From positions 89,034,001 to 89,098,000 of the forward strand of contig OZ076409.1 of the NCBI GenBank assembly GCA_964187785.1: a stretch of 64,000 nt of DNA. The letters run 5' to 3'. Within the stretch, counting starts at the first letter, position 1. Each line of letters begins with the position of its first letter. Positions 38,293 to 48,800 of this stretch are shown piece after piece. This DNA comes from Amphiscolops sp. MND2022 (lineage: Eukaryota). Both the position numbers and the translations under genes were made by a program. The notes under the pieces are model-generated. The model was not told where the DNA came from and ran no database searches. It saw only the letters and a program-made list of their open reading frames with translations.

Positions 38293-39713
38293 ACTGGCGG
38301 TCCCGACAGTGATGCGCTTGGGCCCGCTACCATTTCTTCCGCCATGCTCCAGTAGTCATCATTCTTCCGCCTATCGTTATCGGCCTTGGGACCACTTCTT
38401 CTCAATGCGGGCTACCAATTCTTCAGTATCCGTTGAATAATCGAACTCCCTGTCTCCAGATGTGTCCTCTTCCCCACTTGAGATATAGGTTACTGGTTCC
38501 TCAGAGGCCTCAGAGCTAATGTCGTCCTTATCGTTTCCTTGAGAGGTTGAATTTCTCCATTATCAGTTTTTTAGCTATTTTGAAAGCTTGAGTAGCGACT
38601 TATTTTCAGTGAAGTTAAAATCAGAATGAATTTATCCGGATTCTGTTTCAGTCCCACTTAGGACTTTCCCCTGATTTTCAGTTCTGCGGTAGACACTTAT
38701 GTTATCCTGATCCGTCGTGAACTTTTCTGAATTAAATTCTTCCGAGTGTCGGCTTCCTTTGATTTCGCGGGGTTCGCCCACCATAACTATCATCATCAGA
38801 AGAGGTGTTAAGTGCTTGTGAGTAGTCATCAACAAAGAAACTCAAGTTAAGCGGGTAATTAACATTTAGCTTGAGTGTAATTAACGGCACCCGTCGGGTG
38901 GCTTCTTTCAAAATGACTTCAGCCAATCAGGATTAACTTTTAAAAAAAATGAAAAATAAATGAATAAATGGCGTAAAATAATAATATGAAATAATCCAAG
39001 ATGTCTAAAATTCTAACTAAAAAAATTTAAAGCAACAGAACGAACGTAATTTTGAAGAATTTGGAATCCATTCCAACTACATGGAAAGGTTGGGATTTTC
39101 AAGCCATTGAACACTGCTACCGGCGAGGTTGCTTTGAATCCAAGAAGCAATGGTTTGACAGCTACCTCAAGCGCGAAGTAAAAAACCAGTTCAATATGCT
39201 CTCGGTCAAAAACGAGCTGATAGAGACGATGAATGATTATTTGAAACGTCAAACTGCCGGAGAAAATAATGATTCTTGTCAACTATGAGGAACATGGAGC
39301 GAATAACGACAGATTCAAGAAGTACTTCTTTGCCTCAGAAATTCTGCGACATTACGCAAATTATGCGATATCTTTCAAACTATGTGATGAACCCCTCGAC
39401 CAGATTTTCAATGATGTATCCATGTACTCTAGTGTGAAGAAATTGATGAAAACCAAACAAGAAGGAAGCTTCCTGGGACACCTTTTCCATAGGTTCGTGG
39501 CAGACAGAAAAGTGTTGACTATCGGTAAAGGCATGCCTTACCAGCATCCAGGGCTGTTCAAAAATGAATTGTCATAACAATAATTGTCATTTCTTCTACT
39601 GGTACTAAAAAATGTGATTATTGGAAAAAATGCAATAAAAATTGTAACATGTAAATAAATGTAACATTTTGTTCCTGCGTCACTTTGTAATTCATCCGCC
39701 GGTTTTTGAAACA

Positions 39714-40062
39714 GGGTGGCTGTAAATAGGTCGAATTTTTGTGGTCGAAAGGACAGAGGTCGAACCTTTTGATCGAATTGCAGGGATCGAATGGAATGCG
39801 GTCGAATTTTATCGTATTTGTTGTATGGCTCGGTCGCTTCGCTCCCTTCGCCAAGTAGCAACATTGAGGCATGGCCATATGGCACGTCGCTCCGCTTCGC
39901 TTCGCTCCTGCATTCAGGGCACTAGGGGTGTGTGAACATATCTGACTACGTTATAAAAATTTCGATCCGAGTTGTTTCGATCCCATTCAAAAAATTTGGT
40001 ATGTCGACCTGAGGACTAACTCTGATTTTCGATCCCGTTCCTTCGACCTACTTCCGCCCACC
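39714..40062. mobile_element. MITE of the GTCGAA-repeat type
   Basis: Ends GGGTGG...TAGGTCGAA / TTCGACCTA...CCCACC; TTTTGAAACA is duplicated on both sides. Confidence 0.75.
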
Positions 40063-40460
40063 TTTTGAAACAGCGCTGAGAAAGTATCAGAACGGAGAGG
40101 AAATTTCAAGTCTGGAAAAGGACATTTTACAGAAAATCTATGCTACCACACCATCTTGAAAGTCAAATTTTATTGGCAGTCAACCGGGACTTTCTGTTTT
40201 TCTTTTAATTTCAAATGTTTTACATATATTGTTTTATATAAGAAAAAATGTAACAATAAATGCAATTATAATTGTTGACAATGTTAATTGTAAACAGCCC
40301 TGCCAGCATCAAACAGAGAAAAACGAATCGTCGACGAAAACGAGATCGGGATACAGTAAAAGTTATCCTCCAAAGGTTTCGATGAACTTCGAAAAGGATT
40401 TGGAAAGATTTCCAATTAAATGCAAACTCCAGTCAGGGAGGAGTCGGGCCTTCCACGTCC

Positions 40461-40628
40461 ACGTTCTTGAAGAACCTGTGTAAAAAATTGTGCGTGTTCA
40501 ACCAGGAAAATAGAGCTGGGTCGTTTTTCAGGCAGAGACTCTCTCTCGCAATCCAGGCAGGCAATGCGGCCAGTGTAGGTGGAACGGTTCGGGACGAAGA
40601 CCACTTAAGCGAACTTAACTACTTGTAA
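40461..40628 (+). pseudogene. 3'-terminal fragment of a CRE-like non-LTR retrotransposon ORF
   Basis: RAGSFFRQRLSLAIQAGNAASVGGTV resembles RAGSFLKQRISMALQIGNAACVLGTV at 44920-45000. Confidence 0.75.
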
Positions 40629-41683
40629 ATCTGTGTTCAATGACCGTTTTGTTTAATGTAGAAATTTATGTGTTCTTTGCTTCATAATCGTTACCTTTTC
40701 ACGAGCCTCAGTGAGTTTCTGAATTGAAATGTCCTCGATCCATTGAACTCTCAGGTTGCATGATCTCGTTTCTCAATTCTTTTTGTTTCCTATCTTGGTT
40801 GTTGTTTTTGTCTGTCGCCCGGGCTGGGGGCACATGATGAATAAAGAAGCGTTTTTTTAAAACGCTGATTGATGACGACGATCCAATTCTGATTGATAAA
40901 AATGCAAACTTGTCCCAATTTACAAGCCTGAAGATTGCAAGCATAACGCCATCGGAGGAGATAACGGTGTGACTTTGTTTACTTTCGAGAAATTCCTGAA
41001 ACCCGCTGTGGACGGTTTCCTTATCAACTAGGTTGAGCAATATGTTTTGTTGCTCAACTGCACGATCAATGGGAAGCACGAAAAGCCAGATGATTCGAAG
41101 ATGGATGATTATATCAATCAAATAAAGGACGCCAAACCAGTGACGAAATCTTTTACGTTCTATTTTGCATTTTTAATGCCTTCGTTCGAAATCGATTCAT
41201 CACCCAAAATGAGGACTAGCGCATTTGCCACAGTTTTGTCATGTCGTCCCCACCAGTGCATATGTTTTAATCATCAGGATGACTGTCCCATGAAATCACC
41301 TTCGAAGCATCCAGAAGCTGAAGTGCCCAAAAGCCCAGCAACACCGGAAGCTGAAGAGGATGGCCCAAAAGCAGCAAAAATCATTGCAGTTAGCAATTAG
41401 TTAGAGGCTGGTTTTGACCGTTCTGCTATACGTATTTATGAAGTTCATATTGTTTCTTGTTTCGTGAAATTGTTGTTGTTGTTGCATTTTAGACGTTAGA
41501 TACTTTTTTGTAGTTTTATCGTACATAATTGTTGGATAAATTTTTAGATTTGAGGAATAGAAAGACAAGTGTTGAATTAAAAAGCTTTTCGAATGTAACA
41601 TCATTCATTATCAGTTAACATTGTATCTAAAATAAAAGAAACATTTAGTTGCAAAAACCAGGTATTGTACAATCACTAAATGA

Positions 41684-42425
41684 TTACAGGACAGAACTAC
41701 TGCCACACTGAAAAACATAGTTCAGCGTGTGGCTTCTAAATTCGTCGCGCGTGTTGAGGATGGGCTTCTTTCTACGAATGAGTACAGCTTCAAGTGCCAA
41801 TAGGGTTTTGGGATGCTGTTCAGTTGCCAGTATTTGCACGTCTTCCAAGCTCAATTCCAATCCGCAATTGGAGAAGTGTTGGCCCACTGGCGTGCTTTTG
41901 TTCTTGTGTTCACGTATTCGGACGTCTGAATGTCGGATGGTTTGTCCAACATAGGTTCCACAGCAAGCAGAACAATTAATTTCGTATACAAGATGACTTC
42001 GAATAGGTTTAGGAACAATTGCTTTCAGGCTAGGCAAGTTTGACCTCAATTTCGTGGTGGTAAAGTAGACATTAAGTGATGCCAATGGTTCTAGGGTCTT
42101 CTTCAGATTCTTGGCAAAGGTAATGGATGACGGCCCATTGTACATTAACTTTAAACCGATGTTCAAATCAGCCTTCGGACGATTCGGCTTCGCAGGAAGG
42201 CCACTCTTCACCGGTGCCAAAATGTTGTCCAATGTGTGACTGGTAATTTTTTCAATAAAACCAGTGGGATATTGATTGTCACGTAAAATCTTCTGTGCTT
42301 TCATCAGTCCATCGTGAAATCTAGGCCACGAAGAGCATGCATTGAATATGCGATGTACGAAACCTGATACGATGCCAGACTTGAAAATGTTTGGTGCTTC
42401 GCTGTTATAGTTGAGAACAACACTG
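41684..42425 (-). mobile_element. 5'-truncated Penelope-like element (RT C-terminus plus GIY-YIG endonuclease)
   Basis: LVYEINCSACCGTYVGQT..R.REH...LEAVLI....P.LN is a PLE-type GIY-YIG with CxxC; upstream FVHRIFNACSSW...ILRDNQYP. Confidence 0.9.
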
Positions 42426-43013
42426 GTTTTTGCAACTAAATGTTTCTTATTTTAGATACAATGTTAACTGATGATGAATGATGTTACATTCGAAAAGCTT
42501 TTTAATTCAACACTTGTCTTTTTATTCCTCAATTTTACAATATCAAGTGTGTTACCCCGAAAATTTTTAGAATTACGGAAAAGACCACACGGCAGCAACC
42601 TGACGCAGAACGCCAGTAGTAAGAAATACACGGAAAGCGCCAGTAGTAGTAAGAATTGAATTGCGTCATTTTCTGATATGCGTTTAAGAGAGCCATTTGT
42701 GAAAACCGCCAGGTTTGAGAAGCGCCTAAGCTTAGAAGTAGTAGTAGTAAAGGGTCCCTCCTTTCAGTTTTTTTCGGCATTGAGACTTTTTCCATTTTTT
42801 TTCATCAAAGGGTGCCCCCTTCAATTTTTGCCCTATTGATTACCGGGAGAAATCAGTGAACATTCCAAAAAAGGTTATCTGGATCGTCGTTTCTCCTCAA
42901 AAGTCTCCAGACAATCCCACATATTCTGTCTGGCTATTCAAATAATTTCCGCTCTCGGAACCAGAAGGAACAGTGAGAATGCGCACTAAAAATAAAAAAA
43001 AAATAGGGTATAA

Positions 43014-45068
43014 AACCTAATCCCGAAGGAAAAGTACCTTTCGAACTTCGACCGTACTTCTTTGGTGCGAAACTAATTGCGCTAAAAAAGCCCGATGGAG
43101 GACTTCGTCCTATCGCTATGAGCAATACTTTCCGCCGATTGTCCGCAAAATGTGCCGGATACCATGTCTTCGAATCACGTCAAGCAAGATATGGAAATCG
43201 ACAAGTAGGTGTAGGCACCAAAAGGGGCGCTGAATTGGCCTCACATGTTTTCCGTTGTTTGATAGAAAGCCCTCAGCCCAAAGAAAACGTAATTTTGAAA
43301 TTTGACTTTAAAAACGCTTTCAATTCGATAAACCGGCAGTTCATGCTAGCGAAAGTTTTTGAAATACACCCAGAAGTTTATAAGTATTCACACTCGGCGT
43401 ACAGTCAGCCAAGTTTTCTTTTACGGTGATTCAGTAATCAAATCTTGTGAAGGGACCCAGCAAGGAGATCCTGAGTCTTCAGCTTTGTTTTCGGATTCCA
43501 TTCAGGATCTGATTGACTGTTTGGAGTCGAAAATAAACTTATGGTACCTAGACGATGGAAATTTAATCGTGATGATTACCGAACCGTTTTGAAAGATCTC
43601 AAAAAAATTGTTGAAGCTGAAAGAACGCTGGGTCTCAAAATAAAACCCACGAAATGTGAAATTTTTTCCCTGGTGACATCACTGAAAAACGACGATCGAC
43701 AATTTTAGCATCTTTCCAAAAACTTTGCCCCGGGATCAAAACACCAAAGAAAGATGAACTTATCAATCTTGGTTCACCGCTCGGCCCGAAATCACAAGCA
43801 GATTTATTGGAAAAGAAAATTGATGAACTGGAAAAAGTTAACCGGATTGTTGAAAAACTAGATGCGCACTATATGAGAAAACTAGATGAGAATTTGCTTC
43901 AGTCTGCCAGTTGTTGTACTTCCTGAGAACCAGTACATGTTTTAATCATCCAGCTCTCTTGGAGAAATATGACGAAACCGTGCGCGACGGGCTTTCCAAA
44001 GTGTGTAACGTGAACTTCGACAATATTTCGAGTACTCAGCTGGCTCTGCCTGCTGAGATGGGTTGTCTTGGGGTTTCATCCGCATCACTTGCCGCCTTTT
44101 TGGCCTCAGCTTTTGTTGCGAGTGACTTTCTCACGACCATTTTCTCAGAAACATTCGAAGATGTTTCATTTACAAAAGCGCTTGAGAAATGGTTGAGTTT
44201 GACGAATCAACAGGAAAGTCCTCTCGATGGAACCCAGAAAAATTGGACACAACCAGTCTTCGTCAAAACCGCCCAAGATTTTGATTTCTAGAATGGATGA
44301 CAAACGTTCGAAAATTTTCAAAGCTCATCAAGGTAAATTCGGGTCTCAATGGCTGAACGTCGTTCCTTGCAAGAACCTAGGCCTGAAACTTGATGATCAG
44401 CAACTTCGAATTTCAATTGGTTTGCGTCTCGGTGCCAACATTTGTGTTGCGCATACGTGCCACTGTGGTAAAAGAGTTGAACGCGACGGTTTACACGGTC
44501 TTTCTTGCACCAAGAGTGCTGGTCGCTTCTCACGTCATGCTACTCTCAATTCTCTCATAAAGCAGACGTTGGGATCTCTCGACTTGCCTTCAATGCTCGA
44601 ACCGCGAGGACTGTACCGAACTGATGGCAAACGCCCAGACGGTGTTACCATGATTCCTTGGGAAATGGATAAACTGCTGGTGTGGGATGTCACGGTTGTG
44701 GATGCTCTTGCACCCAGTCGCCTGAATCAAGGCTCTGTGTAACCCGGGAACCACTGCCACCGAGGCCGAAGCGCGTAAAATTGAGAAGTATCGCGAATTA
44801 ATAGACAATGGATACATTTTTCAGCCGGTGGCCTTGGAAGTACAGGGTTCTTTGGGCGAGAGCAGTGAAATTTTCATCACGCGTCTCTGTAAAATGCTCT
44901 GTCGTTCGCACGACGATCAACGAGCTGGCAGCTTTTTGAAGCAACGGATTTCAATGGCTCTTCAGATTGGCAATGCGGCCTGTGTTCTAGGAACTGTGAG
45001 CGACAGAGATGCGTTCGAAGAAATTTATTACATATAGCCTAATTTATATCATAGCAGCTTTAAAAAAA
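43014..45068 (+). mobile_element. 5'-truncated, frameshifted CRE-clade non-LTR retrotransposon (RT plus CCHC and restriction-like endonuclease)
   Basis: LRPIA, DFKNAFN, GTQQGDP and WYLDDG RT motifs; CHCG...HGLSC; RH...KRPDG...WDVTVVD...KIEKY PD-(D/E)xK endonuclease; short A tail at 45062-45068. Confidence 0.9.
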
Positions 45069-45194
45069 TTTCTACCGGTCGACTGCATAGTGGCTGGTTT
45101 GAGTAGTCTGTTGGTTGTTTTTTTTGTTACTGGTCTACTGGTATAGTGGCTGGTATGGGGTCCCCTATTTTCGTTGCAGACCACGGGTGTGTGT

Positions 45195-45266
45195 CTTCTC
45201 CCCCCAACATGATGATACACATGGCACTTGATTGATGACGAAGATCCATGAGATCTGATAGAGGAA
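45195..45266 (+). ncRNA. Candidate short C/D-box snoRNA, copy 1 (target unassigned)
   Basis: ATGATGA 45209-45215, internal TTGA and TGATGA, CTGA 45255-45258; possible terminal stem TTCTC/GAGGA. Confidence 0.45.
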
Positions 45267-45652
45267 AAAAAGGTATAAAACTAAACAGACCTGAATAAGT
45301 TCACTAGTCCATATGAACCGAAAAAGACCAAGTTCTTCAGTACAATTGGTCTTTTCTCCAACAAAGAATTGAATCTAATTTTTTTGAAAATCATTCCATT
45401 TCTTAAGTCTAATTGCCTACTGTGAAATATTCGCGAAATCAGAGTAGATCACTGCAACCTCTCACTATCCTCTTTCAAAGTGCGCTTACTATTTTTTTCA
45501 AATAAAGCTCTCTACCTCGGTAGTTTGTATTTAAAAAGTTGCAAATTGAAACATTTAACGTGAACGAAAATTTTTCCTCAGTTTGCGGACTTCACACTCC
45601 ACTCAAATATCGCAAAATGATATGTTGAAAGAGTTGCGGTTGAATTGTGTGC

Positions 45653-45726
45653 CTTCTCCCCCCAACATGATGATACACATGGCACTTGATTGATGACGAA
45701 GATCCACGATATCTGATAGAGGAGAG
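45653..45726 (+). ncRNA. Candidate short C/D-box snoRNA, copy 2 (target unassigned)
   Basis: Near-identical to 45195-45266: ATGATGA 45667-45673 and CTGA 45713-45716; similarity is confined to this ~75-nt unit. Confidence 0.45.
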
Positions 45727-45844
45727 AAAAAATTGAAGGTCTTTTTCAGTGCTTGTTGATGTGTTTTCGGAATATTTATGCCTATTTTATCCAGGGTGTT
45801 TTTCAGATGTTATAGAATTATAGAACCAAAAAGCAGCAGTGGCC

Positions 45845-48800
45845 ATGGGCCTCAAGTTTTGGAAAGTGCTGCGGAGCTATATTGCAGTTCATGAACTGCT
45901 TTGGATAGTGTTAATCTCGTTTTCCATGTTCGTGGTTCTCTTCTGGTTTCTTTATTCTGCGATGATACCGCCAGTAGACGTGAAACACCGTTTAGACTAT
46001 TGGTCGATGCATTGCGGGTTGATTTCTAACAAATTGATGACTGAAATCAGTGATCTACAATCAATCAAACAAAAATTACTCTATGAGCTTGCCATTATTG
46101 AAAACAAACGAAGCCAGCATTTAGATTTGTACAAAGAATTAGAAAAATCAGTGGATCAGTTCAAAAAACAAAAAAGTGCCCTTGAAGCTGATCTCAGTTC
46201 ATTAACAATATCTTACCGCAGATTAAAAGATGAATTGCTGTATTCGTCCAAGGAGTTATCTGAAGCAAAACCTAAGCCCGTCGTAGCACAGAACTTGCAG
46301 GACAGGTTTCTTAAAACCGAAGTATCGAAGATGGAAGAAATCGATGATCAATCTTATGAAAGCCCTGATTGCTTAATGTCATCTGCTTTCTCTTACTATT
46401 TAGCCTCAAATACAGTCAATCCTTATAACAAGGGAACTTTGAAAGGTCTGAAGCAGTCACGTTATCGTGTAATGGATCCTATAAAGTCATGTCTCATTTT
46501 CTTCCTTTCTGAAAAAGACCGATTTCCAGAAGAGGACATTTACTCGAATGAAGCACTTCGTGTTTACTATATGCTAGATTCCACTATCGATACTCGCAAA
46601 CCAAACATTTCTAAAATTAACACCAGCAGTTCCAAAGTTGCTGTTATTGCTTCAAATTTACAAAGCTTTAGACCTAAACTGGACATGATTGTACCTATAA
46701 TCACAGTCGAGCGGAATACTTCATCTTTCTCTGATTTCAAAAATCTTGGCTTGTTTACGCCACTTAGGCGAGCACAATTGGTTTCGTTCGAAACTTGTCT
46801 GACCGGAGACTCGAGTGCAGTAATGAAAGCCATTAACTCACTACTGTTCATCAAAAGTTCAGTTAGATACAAGATAAACGTTCGCTTTGGTCTTCCACGG
46901 TGGAAAGAGGGATTTGACTTATCTGGCTCTGTAGATGCCCGGTTGACTGTTTTGTCAGATTCAACTTTTGCCTTGATTGCTGGGTCTACGCCATCTCTTC
47001 AAATTCGTCTCATTGAAGCATTGTCGCAATCAACCATACCTATCATCATTTCAGCTCAAGAAAAATTTCTACCGTTTAGTGAATTTATTGACTGGAAAGC
47101 AGCTGCTTTGTTCTTACCTCTCAGTAGTGTTACAGACATCTTGACAATTGCCAATAGTTTATCACACAATGATCTGATGGCTCTGAAGAAACAAGGGCGA
47201 GACTTGTACCTGCAATACTTCATCAATTCGCAATCTGTTACCGAGACGGTTCTGGAAGTTTGGCGATATCGATTTCAGTCTCCAGGATTCTCGGCCCCTG
47301 CATATCGAACTTCACACGTGAGTTAAGTTTTCTGCTCAAATTTCTCAGTTTCGAGAAAGTGCACGATCAATATGTTTTTAGTCGGCACTTTCTTTGAAAC
47401 AAGTGCCCAACTCTTACAATGGCAAGTTTTTAAATGTTTTTGAAAGCTGGCAGTTTCCACCCTGAAAGCTTTTTAAACTTTTTAAAATCTTATAGCCTAA
47501 GAATTTAAGTGTACTAACGGGTGTTGAAGAGTCGTCCCTCTAAATTTCCCTCACGTTTACATCAACTACGAAACAAGAAGAAGAGCAAAGGGCTCCCGTT
47601 GAGTTTTTTCGTCAATGTGTGACATGGATTTTTTTTACCACCCAATTGTTTTAATTTGATGTATTCAAAGAAAAGTGTTTCCCTTCGAATTTTTTTTGGA
47701 TCTCTGAAATTAAGAGTTTGCTAAAAGCCACTCTGAGCATATTTATGAAACTGTTCTTTTTGAGCCCAAAGCGGGCGCCGACTAGATGATTTTGATGTCT
47801 CGATGACGGTTCACAATGTCTCGAGATGGCACTTTTTATACACCGATCGAAATGAAGTGACCTGTTCCTATACCAACCAGATTTCTCTGGCACTATTGAA
47901 ATTCTCGTGGCTTAATAGCAAACAAGTTGAAAAATATTGGAAAAATGTTCGGTCGAAAAGATTATTATATAATGCATCCTCAATAAAAGCCGTTTTTTTG
48001 CTGGAATCCTTTACGAACAGTTTGGGCTTCATAAACATTCTCTAAACAACTCTCCAATGCCAAATTCCGAGGTCGTCATACCGCTGTTTTTAGTCGGCGC
48101 TTTTTAGCAAAAGGCGCAAGACTCTTACAAAGTTTTTTTTCTTCAGTTTCCCTGAAACGTTCACTTTTATAAATTTTACCCAACAACGCTGGTTGGAAAG
48201 AAGCAATAGTTTAGTGGTTACCGCGCGTGGGTTTATCTCTTGAAAGTGACAACATGTGGGTTTTTGTGCGACATTTTTATTGGAAATTTTTCTTCACCTT
48301 CTGGTGAAGAGTTGCATTTTCATCGTTTTTTAGCTGACAAATGTTTTTTTTGAGCTGATATGATTGGATTCTGATATTTTTTTTTGGTTTCAATATCTTT
48401 TTCTGGCACGTTCTCTTTTTTGAACCTTGAGCGTGGTGCCGACTTGGGCCGTTACCGGCTTGTTGTTCTCAACAAAATTGTGATTTGTTTTAGAAAGTGT
48501 CTATATCACCTGAGAGCTTGAACATAAATGCAGATTTTCTTCTCAACCACAAAGACTCTCCACTCTTCGTTTCCAACTTCTCTCACTTGATATATTCCTA
48601 TCGCAACTGGAACACTTTTCCGGGCCCTTTCTGGAACTACCCGAGCCATCCAAACAAAGCAGTTCTTCCTAGCGAGGCCAAATTCTCTGGCTCTGAGAAG
48701 GGCTTCCGACCGATAAACTTTGGCAAGGGTGGTGATGGGAAGTATTTCAAGCTGGCATTGGGCGGAGACGTTGAAGTTGAATCATTCACAATTCTAATAT

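Larger units (their letters stand above)
35362..39020 (-). mobile_element. 3' fragment of a second related gypsy element: LTR 35362-37077, decayed ORF3, internal promoter region
   Basis: The LTR has TGTCG...TGCGACA ends, a gag N-terminal remnant (SDIENLDIMLGE, LSSELNSRLSREMDEMMNSV) and shared blocks such as CAAGTGACGTCTCCGGAATA. ORF3 (36989-38560) is broken by two MITEs. Confidence 0.85.
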
